Shown piece after piece: positions 13,791 through 28,212 of a DNA stretch of 64,000 bases. The stretch lies in contig NC_045697.1 in NCBI RefSeq assembly GCF_009834535.1, positions 94,800,001 to 94,864,000 on the forward strand, read 5' to 3'. The notes below the pieces were generated by a model. That model saw only the letters and a list, made by a program, of their open reading frames with translations, did no database searches and had not been told where the DNA came from. The position numbers and the translations under genes are program-made. Source of the stretch: Camelus ferus (Eukaryota). Numbering within the stretch: position 1 is the stretch's first letter; the number at the start of each line of letters is the position of its first letter.

Positions 13791-16700
13791 CTACTGTATT
13801 ACACTGCATTTTCCATGAATTGGCAAAGTTTCACATAGTGGGCCTAAATTAAATGAAACTCCATATTCCATTGCCCCCAGTAATATCCACTATTAAAATA
13901 AGTGAATGGTAATTATCAGCTCCATTAGTAAGTATTTTGTTTGCTTAGTATTGTAGCATTCTTTTACAATTTTTACTCACAAATCACTATGCTTTAAGAA
14001 GTAAGACAAAGTCTATGAAAAGACAAATGATTACTTATTAATATTACTTATTAATGCAACTGAGCAGCAGTAAGTAATTCACGAAGTTAGTAACCCGAAA
14101 AGATGACCATTTGAGTTGTCTCAGGAGTGTGTGCATAAAGATGATCATTTTCAGTAGTATGTTTCAGTAGAAGTATGTAAGAGTTTTCCTTTTTAATTAT
14201 TTGAAAGCTATATACAGATAGAAATGTTTGTTGGGTCTTTATATTTGACCTTTGTTAAAGCTTGTTGAGGACAGAGACATATACTTCCTTGAAAGCTCCC
14301 ACAGAACCTATCACTGTAGAAATTATTTTTTTAAAAAGAGAAAAAATATTGCTCCAAGTCACAATATTATACCCCAGATAGAAATATTGAAATGGGTCCT
14401 AGTGAATGCTCAGCCATAAACGAAGTTCAAGGCACAATGTAGATTATTTTTATAAAAACATCAAATAGATCATTGATGTCTTTTGCTTTACATTAAATAT
14501 AAATACTTTGAAACTTTATATCAAATGTCCATTTAAAACTAGGAATTTTCTGTCTCTCAGCTTGTTTAATGTACAAAGCATTAGCAGAAAATAAGTCCTT
14601 ATAAATTTTTTGAAAAATATTAATTTAAATGTAATAAAGGAATTAAGTAGTATTTCTTTCCTCAATTAAAAAAAAGTACTACAAAACAATGGTTTTCTCT
14701 TTTGTAGCCTTATATGAGCAAGAAAAATATTTTGTACAAAATATTAGAAAATGTATTCTCTTTAGAGATTACAATGTCTATAATATATTAAAAACATTTT
14801 TAAAAGTATATTGCCAGATATATGTATTCTCAATTATACATAGCAAAATCATTAAATTGAATAATTCATGCAGGACTTAACTAACATTTCATTTTGTACA
14901 ATTACGATCTATTAACCTTTTAATTCTTAGTACTAACCAAGTTTAAATTTTACTATTAATCAATGCCTTATTTTATATTGCATTTTTCCTAATTAAATTT
15001 CTTAGTATTTTGAACAGGTATTTCATATATGAACCACTCAGATCAAAAAATAGCATAAATGTACTGTTCTATGGTTCCCTTTTCTTTGTTTTTGCTTGAA
15101 AATAAACTATTTTATATATGAAATGCATTAAATTTTATATTGGATGGGTCTTTTTCATGTGTTTAGAATAATAATAATGTGAATAAGTTACTATAAAAAT
15201 AAATGTAGAGAAGAATAAATAAATTTTAGCAAGGTGTCTATGAACTTATCTATTTCTTACTCATATCTATTATTTCTGTATTTTGAAGTAAGAAATGAAA
15301 CATTTTTCCCGATAGACCAACCCTTTGACATCAGCAAAAATGTTGCTGAGAAAGTCTGATGAGGATTGTTGTGGACATACAGACATTAATTGTTTATGTT
15401 TTCATGATTTGGGGTTTGTTTGTTTGTTTGTTTTGGTATCTAGGTGAAAATAGCTCAAAAGAGACTTTTCTTTGGTTAAGGAGTCTTTTAAAACTCTATT
15501 GAAAATGCTGTTTCTAACAAATATTTTGATGTTTTTAATGCAAAGTAGCCTGCAGGAATTTATATGTATAATATTGTCCCAATTTCCTTCTTTAAATGTA
15601 ATGAATATGTGCTTAAAGGCAGTCTAGCCTTTAGTTCTCAATGACTTAAGGTTTAGATTTAGACTTGATTGAGGTTTCAAAAATCTTCTAATCTAGAGTT
15701 GACTATTGCTTTAATTAGGAGATATACTTATTAAAAATTATATTCTTATAGAATAAATATCATGAGGATAATTAATGCAATGTAATTCATAATCATTTAC
15801 TTTGTACTTGGCATAATTCCAAGTAGATCATGCTTTACAGACTACAGATAAAAGATGAATAAGGCATAATAGATTCAGTCTGATGGCAGGTGGAGGTAGA
15901 TACTGTGGAAGCAGGGAGAACAGTTAAGAAAGCACAGACTCGTAAAGAATTATGGAAGGTGTAACCAAAGCATACCCAGAATGTCGACACTGGAGTGACT
16001 TTGGGAGGTATTCAGTGGTAGAAACAGAGAAACAGCATGATTAATTGGATAGAAGTTAGTGATGAATTTCCTGGAGTCTGAGACTGGTAATATTATATCT
16101 ATTAGATATACTTCCAGCCAAAATCAGAATAAAGGAAGAATGGCAGATTTTTATGGGTGTTGGAGAAGAAATAATACATAGTAATAATTTTGTAGCAGAT
16201 GAGGTTAACTTGCTTGTGGAATATCTATGAGCTAATTTTCAGAAAGATCTCAATATACATGGAAACATATTGCTACATAGATTAATATTATTTAGTAATT
16301 ACTGAAATTATTTTTTAATATCAACAAATACTCATTCTCTATATGAATATGTTTTAGATCTAAACTTGATTGTGTGTTATTAATCTAATATCAATTTTTA
16401 TCCAGGTCAACAATAGTCAAATATCAGGGTAAATAATGTCTCAAGACAAATATTAGTAACTTTGGTTTAAAATCCTTTTGACTTAAATTTGAAAAAATAG
16501 CTAAAGGAAAGTGCAATGAAGTTGAACTATTTGTAAAAATATGTTATAGCAAACAACAGTCCATGAGCCTAAAATGATGATGATGATGATGACAGTTAAC
16601 ATTTATATAATATTTCCTATGTACCAGGAACTGTTCAAAGCCATCTGTTTTCCAAGTTCTTTACATAAATTAGTTCATACATTCCTAAGAATATGTTTAA

Positions 16701-16848
16701 GAATTTTCATTTACCCAGGAGACATTTAGGCTAAAAGGTGTTTTAAGTGATTTTAGTCAGAATTCCAACCCAATTAATAGACTTTATCAAGCTATAAGAA
16801 ATCCTATCTTGATAGGATGTTTAAAAATGTAATTATTAGTTTTCTTTC

Positions 16849-17481
16849 TGAGACAGGAATGGGGCAGGGCACAGCCATTCAAGGAATGCTACAGCCATTA
16901 ACATCAAAATGATGAAAGAAAGATTCAATCCCCAGTAGACCTTGAGGTTCAAGATAGTGGGAGATTTAACTTCTAGCAGACCTTGAGCTTCATTGTATGC
17001 CTATTGTAATATATTAGCACAGTGAATAACATGCCCACAGGCGCCATGATAGTCCCAAGGCTAGCCATAAAAGATCAAAGAGTGGGAAATGGCCAACTTG
17101 CTGGGAATCCCAGCCCCTTCCCCAGACTAGTTAGACTGGTCCTTCCATTTATTTGCATATGAAGCTACCAAAGCCCATAAAAACTGGCAACACTGCCCCT
17201 CAGGGCCTCTCTCTCTCTCCTTTCAGAGACGGCCTGCACTCTATGGAGTGTGTACCTACTTTTACTCTAATCTGAGCACCTAACCCCCACACCTTGTGGC
17301 CTTTCTCTTGTCTTTCAGTGTATCTCTCTGAATAAATCTACCTTTACTCAACTGTGGCTTGCTCTTGAATTCTTTCCTGCTTGAAGCTGAGGACCCACAC
17401 TTGGCGGGGCATGTTCCAGGGGCTCGAATGAAGCCTGGGACATGGCCCTCTTTATGCCCCACATTTGTTTTTCCTGCATCA
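16849..17481 (+). mobile_element. ERV1-class solo LTR (MER41-like), 633 bp
   Basis: TG...CA termini; exact 4-bp TSD TTTC (16845-16848 / 17482-17485); TATA-like CATAAAAA near 17176; AATAAA at 17331-17336; octamer ATTTGCAT at 17151-17158. Confidence 0.85.
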
Positions 17482-18291
17482 TTTCCTACCCACAAAATAC
17501 ATAGTAATTCTAGGCCTTTGGCTAATATCTCTGAAACTTAATATTTGTTTGAAGTAATGTACCAGTGAATTTTTTTTCAATACCATGGTATATCATATCA
17601 AAATAGAATGGTTTTTAATTAACTAAAGTAATAGTAGAATATTAAAACCTGATAAACACTGGTCACTCTATTTTCTCACATTTTGAGATCATTCTTCATA
17701 ATATTTAACAGTGATTTCATATCTTATTTTAAAATTTCAGTAGGGTGGTGCTAATATAAACATGAGAATAGTCCAACTTAAATACTTTAAATATCAATCT
17801 TATGGGTGATATGGCTATTAGAAAATATATTCTATTTGGTATACTCCTTTAAAATTTCAAAGATATTAGCAAAATAACTCTGATAAGAGTCACAACAATT
17901 TCAGTTAACAAGGGAGAGTTAACATTTGAACCAATTATTCCTTATACAAATCATATTCCTCTCAGTACAGTTCCAGGTCCTTGTGAGAAAAAAATCTGTA
18001 TAGCAATCTCTCAGATATTTGAAATTAATAGTTTATTCTTCATCTTTTTTATGACACAGCCAATCAAGAATACAAAAATATTCATACAAAAAAGCAAAGT
18101 ACAAATTATTTGAAGCTATTAATATGTCACTAAGTTTATGTTTTATAAATGCATCTCACTTTTAAGAAATTAAGTCACAGACTTTAAAGGAAAGTTTGGG
18201 GCTTAGTCATCAACAATCAGGGAAGACTAGTTTTCTGCAGTGCCAACACTAAAATATATAGTCTAACAATTCAATTAAAAACCAAAATAAC

Positions 18292-18510
18292 TCACAGATA
18301 CAGAAAGTAAAATAGCAGCTACCAAGGGCTTGGGGAACAGGGAATGGGAGCTGACTGTTAAGTGGGTACAGCATTTCTGTTTGAGATGATGAAAATTTCT
18401 GAAAATGGATAGTGTTAATGGTTGTACAACATTGTAAATGTACTTAATGCCACTGAATTTTGTAGTTAGAGTAGCTAAAATAGCAAATTTTGTATTATGT
18501 ACATTTTACT
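18292..18510 (+). mobile_element. L1MB-like 3' UTR fragment
   Basis: CAGAAAGTAAAATAG...GGGTACAGCATTTCTGTTTGAGATGATGAAAA...GTACTTAATGCCACTGAA...ATTTTGTATTATGTACATTTTAC. Confidence 0.8.
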
Positions 18511-18586
18511 GCCCCTTCCAAATGCAAAAAGACAAGCAAAAACAAAATGAATATTATTAGTCTTGTCTCCAAAGTGTCCCACAAAC

Positions 18587-19058
18587 TAGTGACTCAAAAG
18601 AAAAGAAAAAAGCACAATAAGAGAGCTGTGAGTTCAGTTCTATTTGGGACCTTACTGAGAACTACAGCCCGGAAGACAGCCTCAGATAGCTCTATGGACT
18701 GCTCCAAAGATGTGGGGGCAGGTCAGTATATATATATGATTTCAGTGAAGGGGGTACATGCAATCAAGCACACATCGTGATAGAAATTTGCTGCTAGTCA
18801 CGAGGAGCAGGTGTCTCTTTTAATGATTTTAGTGCTTTTCTAGGTATGAGAAAATGGAAGAAGTTGGGTTCATAAAATTTTCTCCTAAAAATACCTATCT
18901 GAGGGTCTGTTCTGCCAGTTTTTTCCCAGAGCACAGAGTGCCTCGTTCTTGATCCCCACCTTGAATTCCTTTCAAGCTGTGTGAAAGGTCAGCGACTGTA
19001 GTGGCTAATGACCTAATCCTTGCAGAACTTGATGGCGAGTGACATTGTTTAGTTGGCA
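18587..19058 (-). mobile_element. ERV1-class solo LTR, 472 bp (different family from the one at 16849)
   Basis: Begins TGCCAACTAA on the minus strand; 4-bp TSD AAAC (18583-18586 / 19059-19062); TATATATA box near 18728; far terminus degenerate. Confidence 0.75.
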
Positions 19059-21149
19059 AAACCAATAAAACTTACTGTCATTCACGTCTTTCCCTTTTAA
19101 CTTCAATTAGTATTCTACCGTCTGATTAACCTTGGCCCTCAAAAGTGTTGGGAATACCATTTACCTTAATCATTCATTCTCCCATTCATTGCTCATATCT
19201 TTGTGTATCACCTTCCTCTCTTTAATAGTATCCATGACTCAGGGGAGGGCTGACTCTTTGGCATTCTGGGTTCTTCATATATGTAGCAGAGGATTCACTT
19301 AGGCTGTCTCCCTTAGAAATTCCTGGGAAATTTCTAAAATTGCCCCAGCAATTACTCCAAGCCTTTGTCCAACAAAGTTTCTGTTTAACCTGTGCTTACT
19401 ATCCCAAAGTAGCCCCACTCCTCTTCATATGTAAAAGCTGACAAGTATTTATCCATTTGTTTCATTTTTATGCAAACTCGTATTCAAAGAAACTCAGTAA
19501 ACTCCACTATAGGCCAAATTTCTTGACAGCTTGGGGAGTGGATACAGAAGTGGGAGAGTGGGAGTTGGGAGAGCGTGTTTTCCAGGGGAGTTAACCACCC
19601 ACAATCAAGAGCATTTACAGAATCCCAAGTTCAAAGATAAATGCCTACCTCAACTCCATGCCTTTTTACTGTCTAGAACTTAACAGAAGCAAGCCGGGAG
19701 GTTTTCATGATTTTTTTTTTTTTTTTTTTGCACAAGAACTAAACTAGCATGCTTTAAAAAGTACAAGTGAAATTTCAGAAGGCTAAGTGGCTCTGAAGTA
19801 ACGGTAAAAGTCCTAGCAGGGGAGGTGAATAGTAAAAGGGATGGTTCCAAAGGGATCTCTGGTAACTATACAGTAGTTAAACTGACTTGGCTGCTCAAAT
19901 ACCTCCTGGATCTGAACATCAGTCAAGAAAAGTAAAAAAATATACATTTTTATTTTGGTTAAAGAAAATGTGCTTAAAATTCAAGACAATGTTTGATATT
20001 ATTCTAATTTCCATTTTTACTATTTTCTCACATTAAATTGGAACATTTTACTTATTTTAATAAAAAAAACTTATAGGTACTTGTTTATAAGCACAATGGA
20101 TCATTTCATGGTGTAAATTATGGGGTAATATTTCACACCTTGTGCATTAAATGGAGCTCAGTATAGTCTTATATCTAACAATGCAAAAGGTGTGAATTAT
20201 TATATCATAATTCACATCCTGTTGTGTTGTGCTTCTTAAATGTCCTCTCTTTGTAGGAAAAAACAGCACTTTATTCTCATCTGTCCCATTCTTAAATTTG
20301 AGTTTGGATATACGGTTTTGGAGGACTGTACAAAAATGCAAGTCAAACTATACTTTAATGCTGTGGATTATGATACGCTTTCGTTTTACATTTGAAACAC
20401 TGCTGACTAATTTAAATCAAGGTATATGACAGTACTAACAAAAGAAATCAATGGACATCAGAATAGGTATTATACATTTGTTGTACAAGCTTATTTGTCT
20501 GTCAGATGACCTTAGATTATTCCCTTAATGTTAAATATGTCTGCTTGCAACTTATTTTCACAAATTGAGGCAAGAAGTTATAAATTAATTATTTGAATGT
20601 TATCCAGATGTTAACTCTCTTTTACAGTTAGAGATCTATCCTGGAAATACTGTAAAAGTTTCCTTTACTTGTTAACTTTGGAAGTCATAGTATAAATATT
20701 TTGGTAATTCTACCAGTGTTGTTAATGCTAAATGTTTTTTTAATTAAATTAAAAAGTGAAAATTGATGTAGAAATTCTTATTCATATGTATCTATGTTTG
20801 GCTTAGACAGAAATGTATACTTTCAAAATTAAGGGCTGTTAGGTGTTTTCTATATTAGTTTCAGAATTCTACATAAAAAAGCAGCATCAGAAATTGTTTG
20901 ACTCAATCTGCTTTTTGTTTGTTTGCTTGTTTAAGAGACAAACTTAATCCCAGAGATAAACAAATTTGATAATAGAGGGTTTAAATATTCAACTTTTCTG
21001 TCATAGGTTTTGTGAGATGTGCTGCATGAGTCTCAATTTTTCCTTCTATTACACACTTAATAAAGCAGAGCACCAGTACTTAGCCTTCAGATAAGATTAA
21101 GAGCACACACAATCTGTGCTTTCTTTGGTACTTTTTATTATTTAAGTTT

Positions 21150-21314
21150 AAACTTTAATTAACTACAATTAAATAAAATTAAAAATTAAGTTCCTCAGAC
21201 ACATAAGCCACATTTTAAGTGCTCAGTACTCACAGGTAACTCGTGACGACCATCTTGAACAATGCAGTTATAGACTAGTTCCATCACTGCAGGAAGTTTT
21301 ACTGGAGTGTGCTG
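21150..21314. mobile_element. hAT-Charlie MITE (MER3/MER33-like)
   Basis: AAATAAAATTAAAAATTAAGTTCCTCAG...AGCCACATTTTAAGTGCTCA...TTCCATCACTGCAGGAAGTTTTACTGGA. Confidence 0.7.
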
Positions 21315-24300
21315 ACATATATATGTATATTTAAATCACAAATATATTTATAATTTAAAACATAAAACATGGTTTAAAGTGGACGCTTCTACTTGCTAAT
21401 CAAATTGGGTAGACAATAAGAAATCACTAGGAACTCTAGCTTAAAAATGATTTAACTCACTTAAAGGTATTTTTTAAAATTTCACTAAAGAATTTATCTC
21501 AATCATCATTGATGCTTTCATTTCATTGTTTGTTTCTCTTTTTGTTTGTTTGTTTGTTTGTTTTTAAACACATCTCTTCACCCCAACATACCATTAAAAA
21601 TCTTGGCTACAAACTGCAAACTATTTACTTTAAGAAAATATGAACTCAACATTGCTCTGAGAAGGTTTAAAAAGTGAAGCTGGATCCCAAAGGGATTCCT
21701 CTTTTTATTTAATACACATTTGATAGGTATTATCTCCCTTGATTTATATCAAATATATTCATTTTTCCTCATCTCCATGTTATCTAAGTTACTTTCATGC
21801 AATTATTGTACAGATTTATTTTTGTTGATTTATAAATACCTATTATAGTTTTGACTCCAAAATGTAAGTAGACTTTAATATAATTGGATTTGACTGGCCT
21901 TGTTTTTATAATTAATTTTCATGTTTGTTTGCTGAATGTATTATGTACACTTTTGAGCAGTTTGCCACATGCAATTAATTGTAGAATATTTGACCTGATA
22001 TGCTATTTTTCCTTTAATTAAAACTCTCTTTGCTGTGATGAAGATTGGCACAGTGGAAAAGGCAAATACTCTGAAAAAGAGTGTAAATTAACTAGCTTCA
22101 AGGAAGTGCACATACTGCAGAATGAAGTGAGAAAAGATTAATGTCATCTAATACATATCTCATGCTCTAGCCTATGGAAATTATTATGACATGTTATTCA
22201 TTCAAGCACTCATCCTTTAATCATTTATTTAGCACCTACTATTAAAAGTTACCGTATTAGATGAATGTAAAGCTAGAAAATCAGGAAGCAATGAGAAAAT
22301 CAGAGTAGCAGAAAGTCATTAGAAGAAGACGTGGCTCAGAAAATTTTCAAGGAGATTAAGTTTTGCTGAATTAAGGTAGAATTAAATAGAGACAAACTTT
22401 TGAAAGAATGATCAGTGACTATGCACTGTTCTCCAACTGTTGGCTCCTGCTGCACAATGAGCGTCTTGCTACATGCTCAGGCCTGGATGTAGCTGATGGA
22501 GAGTCAGCCAGGAGGTAAGTGTTGTGGAACCGGGGAACATACAAACATCTAAGGAGAACAGATATTTGTTATGTTGCCAGACAATACATAATATTATCTC
22601 ATTTTATTCATCCTGCTCTTTCTCTGGGACCCCATTTCATGACTAACATATGCCCAAACATTCTCATTCCTCTCACTGTCTGCTATTTTTGTGTTCAGAC
22701 TTTAATTCTCCCCTGAACACAGAGATTTTCCTGTATCCCTCAAAGTGGAGGATGCTTGGGTCAGCTGACTAAAGCCCCTCTGGCCATCTCAGGCATTCTT
22801 CCTTACTTTACTAGTGAGATGGCTTATCACTGGCAGTATTTTCTTCCACAGCAAATCTTCCCCTCATCCTGGCTAACTGTACTATCCACATGGGCAAGAT
22901 CTTTGGTGATTTTCTCTCAGTCATTGAACTCTGTAACTCCTGAGACTTCATCTCTTCAGCTACAAACTCCTGAGAACTTTGATCACTAAAATTACTCTAT
23001 TTCTAAAGTTACAAATTCTGCCTACATAACCCCCTTCTATCTCTCTCACCAGTATTCACTGAAAATATTAAGAACAAAAATATAAAAATTAGACTATAAT
23101 TCCATGAACCTAAAAGCACTTACAATATCTTTAAAAATTTTTTATTATTTTAGAAAAAATAAATTCATCAAACTTCTACTGTTCATCTTTCAAGGGTTTC
23201 ACATGTGGGGAAAAGCTTATTCAGTATAAGCAAATCTAATACTCGGCATGCTCTGAAATTCACATAAGGCTCTTTTATAGAATCTTGCAATAGTTAATGA
23301 GCCTAGTTTTTCTAAGGCAGTACAAAACTAGGTTGCTTTAATTTAGAAGATTTGTATTGGTTTTTCACAGACAAAAGCTATCAGCTTCTGCGCCACCACC
23401 CTTTATAGAGGAAAAACATCTTTCCACTGGATGACTGCAGGAGCCACAAATGACCTCCCTGCTCCCTATTTTGCCTAGTTTATATAATTAAAATAGAAAT
23501 AGCCATACTTCTCAAAGGCCATATTATTCTTAACCCACTCACACTTGTGTTTTCAAGAGTGCATTTATCATATATTATGATTTATGTTCCAGTTTACACA
23601 TTTCTTAATTACCTGGCTCCCTAAACATAGTACATTTGGTTTATTAACAAAAAATGAGTACTGGTACACATTATTTCCCGCTTGTCTTCCCTTAAAGCTC
23701 CCTAACACTCAAGCAAAGAAAAAACTGTCTAAGGTTAATGTAGGTCACATTAATCCAAATATTTTGATATTTTTAGAGTAAATAAAACCCAAAACTAAAT
23801 ATGTAAAAAGTCAATCTTAAAGCCAGTAATGATAATGGGGTATGCATAAATGAATAGTTTTTACTAAAATTTTTAATATCCAAAAAGCCAAAATAAAAAA
23901 TGTAAATCCTTTCATAAGGCCATGGGGCAGATAAAGACAGGAGACGTATAATTGCAATGTATCCTGTAATGGAATCACAGTCTGTGTAGAAGCTGATTAA
24001 GGTTAATTTGAATCACATCAATTTGAATTAATGTGGCCTTTGCAGAATGAACAACACCTTAGTGCCAACATGATCAATTAGTACCTTACCTCCATGCATC
24101 CGCCTGGAAAGGTTAGATTTATTAGTTATCAAGATAACATTTTAGAATGCAAATCCATGTTGCTTTACTTCCTCTAACCCACCTCACCTGAGCACCTGGA
24201 AAGTCTCAGGACAGATGTGTCTTGGAGGGAAATCATCTATAATGTATAGCAAGAAATGACATATGGAGAAAAAAGGAACCAGAATTACCTAAAAGACAGT

Positions 24301-24514
24301 TTTATCTATTTACGAATGCTGTACAAATAAGTTCAAGTTATTTAATTAAGATTATAACTCAGGATAAATAATTGGTTCCATTATAAGGCATGTAGATGTA
24401 TGTTACTTGTATGCATTTTAAATTTTAGAGTTTGGAATGCCCTTGTATCCTGTATCCGAACTGCCCATCTCCATCCCCCATTCTCACAGGTTTTTATTAC
24501 TCATATTTTCACTT

Positions 24515-25045
24515 GTGATTGGTATATAACCAATCACAAAAACTACTTGCTTAAAATGACAACAAAATTATTTGCTCATGGTGATTCTGCAGCTTGCACA
24601 GGGAAACACAGCTCATGCATTCTCTATTTCATCTGGGACAATTCACCTGGAGCTGGAGCATCCAGAATGGCATCCCCTGGTGTTGCTGTTGCCTCACCAG
24701 GTATTACTGAAATGAGTGAGGATGGCAGGGTTTCTCTCTCTCCACTTCTTAGTCAGTTATCATCTGAGGCCTCTCTCTTTCCAAGAACTCTCCTTTCCCA
24801 AAGGTACCTAGACTTCTTTATGATGCCTGCCTTCTAGGAGAAGGTAACAGAAGTTGCTATGGCTTTTAAGCACTAGGCCTAAAAGTAGCAAAGTATCACT
24901 TCCATTAATTAAAGCAAGTCTCAGAACGAGCCCCCATTGAAAGCAATGTGAAACCCACTCACTGTCTGGATGGAAGGAATAACATACTAAGATATATCTA
25001 CATGGATGGGAGAAATTGTCGGTGGCCATGTTTGTAGTCATTTGA
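24515..25045 (-). mobile_element. MaLR LTR (MLT1H-like)
   Basis: GCTTAAAATGACAAC...TTATTTGCTCATG...GGAGCTGGAGCATCC...AAAGCAAGTC...GGATGGAAGGA...GGTGGCCATGTTTG. Confidence 0.65.
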
Positions 25046-25109
25046 GATTTCACAGCCAGGGCTGAGTCCTGTTCTACCATAGTCATCTGAAGCTAGGCCA
25101 AGGGTACCT

Positions 25110-25275
25110 TCCTACCCCTTGTCATTATACGTATCACACTTCATTGAAATGATTTGTGATTGCCTCCTTGCAAGAACATGAGAAACAAGAACATAATCAG
25201 TTCTTAATTATCCTTCTCTCATCTGTATTTAGAACAGGTCTGGCAAAGCAAGTGCTCAATAAAAGACTGCCAAAT
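25110..25275 (+). mobile_element. LINE-2 3' end
   Basis: TTAGAACAGGTCTGGCAAAGCAAGTGCTCAATAAA. Confidence 0.5.
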
Positions 25276-28212
25276 GTAACCCAAACTTTAACATGTTTTT
25301 CCAAGATATTCTGACGGCTGACTGAGAAAAGTTGAATTTGGGAAGAGGAACACACAAAACTTATGGTGACCATGTAACTAGAATACTTCATGAAAAAAAA
25401 TTAATAATAAAATGAAATTAGATTAAGAAGGCCTAGAAATTTATATATAATAGCACTTTGCTGTAAGTGGGGAAATGCATAAAACATTTCATTCTGCTTT
25501 GCTTTATTTGTATCTCTGCTTTAACTACAATAACTCATTTTTGGCTCATTTAATATGAATATCTGTATGTGGCATTTGTAAATATTCTCACAGTTGTAAA
25601 TTTTCACAAACCTAGATATTTCAAGAAATGTAAGAAAGGAAGGTATTGCAGGGAGTAAAATTTTCCTGAGGGAAAAATTTCAGGACTGAAACTTTGAGAA
25701 AACTATTCATCAAAATCTACAGCCTGCATTTGTATATTTGAAAGATATGGGAGTCTCTTCTTCCTCTAGCGTTTCCATTTATCTATTTCCTTTTCTTGCC
25801 ATTGGAAATAGCTGTGAACTTTTTGAAACCATTTAAATGAACTATTTCAAAGCAGCAAGATGATTCTGTATAAAACCATTTCTTTAAAATGCTTAATAAA
25901 TGGCATTTAATATTTTTTTTTCTTTAATGCAGCAGAGGGCTTCATAGAACCCAGGGCTAACTTCCCTATCCATTCTAAAGACATGTGAGAAAGAGAAATA
26001 AAGATCTGTGTATGACACTTTGTCTAGTCCTGATATAAAACTTTGGTCAGTGACAAGAGTAGCTGTAAAACTCTTAAGATTTTTTTGAAAAAGACAATGA
26101 ACTAAAAATTTATTTCATTGAAAAGATTAAAGGTTGAACAGTTTTGCTATCTGGGGGAAAATATTTTTTCAACAGAAATAACTACAAATAACAAATATTT
26201 TATAAACACACAGAAAAAATCATTTATGTGTCACTAATTGCCTAGATACAATAGAAATTCTGTCTACAAGTCGGAATCACAATGAAGAATAAACTGCTAC
26301 TTTCCTATGTTAGCAGTAGCTTTGTTTATGTACATCAGGATTTAAGTTGCTGGTTTGCCAATTAATTTCATTAGCTTTCTATTTCTGTTCATAATGTCGA
26401 TGGCTGTAAGAAAGGTCTATTTGAAACGTGTCACCAGAGATATCCTTTTTGACTTAGAAAATCACTTTAATGTGAAATTTACCTGCTAGACACAGGAACT
26501 TGAACACAATAAATAAACTTGCAATTTTCTTCCAATTATTCATGTGTGTAAGTCACAAGGCTAGAAATTCTATAGCAGATGTAGAGCAAAAATGCAAAGC
26601 AAGGAAAAATTTGACCATAGGTTTTATTACTGGGGAAGGAATTGTTAAAGAGGCTAAAAGCAGAGTAAGGTTGGAAGGTTAGGACCTACCCACAAAGTTG
26701 GTGCAAAGTTTGCAGTGAATGGAGCAGCTAAAAACACATACTCCTTTCCCCAAACTGATCAGCAAAAGGATAAAGGAAAATGAGGGGGACTTACCTACCC
26801 GAAAACTTCTTTGAGAGTAGCTTTGCCAATCTTCAAACACCAACTTTCTGGTATAATTATGGTCAATATTAGTGGTCAAATACCCATCTTTGGAAGCATT
26901 CCAAACATACAATTACTTAATATAAAACAACTAACATTTGTATAACTAACTTTCGGTAATACTGCATGTTCCATTATATTTTCTAGCAAAAGATATGAGT
27001 GTTATAAAAATATCACAAAAGTAGCTTTTAGCAAACACTGGTCTGTGAATTTAAAATATTGACATCTAGTGTTGAAATATGTTGACATAAACTTACTAAA
27101 ATTAAAAATGTAACAGATATTCATCTGCATTTTGTTTAGCTGAATATGTCTGTTTTCTTTTTAATTTGCATCCAAGGAACATTCTGGAGTTTTTATCTAT
27201 TTCCTGTCACTCTCATTTAATAATTATGTCTGGTGTTTGTTCATCTTAGCACATTTCATACTCATCAATGCAAATAGCCTGTCTTTGTTTATGAAACTCT
27301 AAACAATGCTTGAGTAAAGTGTTGTGTGCTTCCTTCTGTTTAATAAATGATTGCTGACCATATCGCCTTAGTTGATATTCCATTCAAATACACAAAATTT
27401 ATATATATATATGTATGCATATATTCACATATAACTAATTAATTTCTGTCATATGCATACAATGTGAATTTGGTTTATACTATTTGGCATAGTAGTACCA
27501 CAAGAGTAATATGAAATATTTGAAAAGATTTGGACAAAATGAGAAAATTTTTGACCTTAACGAAAAATAAATAATTAGCCATAAAAAAAAAATACAGTCA
27601 AGAAAAGAAAACAGACTGTGTTGTTGGAGACAGTTGTTAAAATTAGTTGTATCAGTTTATGAAGTCACAATCTCTTGAGTCTAAACTTAATAATCTTTAA
27701 ACTAGAGAAAATCAAATTTACATCATTTGAGTATAGTAGTGATTAAATCTCTAAGAAAGGTCTGGCAGATATGAGATCCTCAATAGTCTATTCTTCCTCT
27801 ATTATTTCTAAGACAGATGCATGGTGTTTGCTCATTCTTTGTAATCTAAGGAGATTGTATAATCCAGGGAAAGGGACAAGAGGCTTCTATTTTAGGAAAA
27901 CCTAGGTTCACACCCCAGTCTGTGCCTGGGATTTAGCCTAAGTGGTCTTTCCAAGTCTAATTTGCATATCTTCAAAATGTATTTCAAATTTTCTACTATA
28001 TAATAATATAATGACTATTAATATGGCTAATATATATCACTCACCTTATACACTACTTGGTATGTAATTATGACAATAGCAATATGTTATATTTATATAT
28101 TCACTTTATGATAAGCTCTGGAATAAGCACTTTACATAATCTCATTTAATACCCAATTATTTCATCATATTATCTTTACTAGTTTCTCAAATTATTTTCA
28201 ATTACTTAAGCA

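Noticed and set aside
16801..16818. Hairpin ATCCTATC-TT-GATAGGAT (also a 10-bp inverted repeat at 49019-49039 and tandem AAAGATCTTT at ~48080)
   Set aside because: Short and isolated; compatible with chance or simple-repeat origin
16849..19058. Single provirus bounded by two LTRs
   Set aside because: LTRs differ in sequence and orientation, each has its own TSD, and there is no PBS or gag/pol between them
24400..25086. 145-aa and 92-aa ORFs
   Set aside because: Lie mostly within an old MLT1 LTR; no protein similarity recognised
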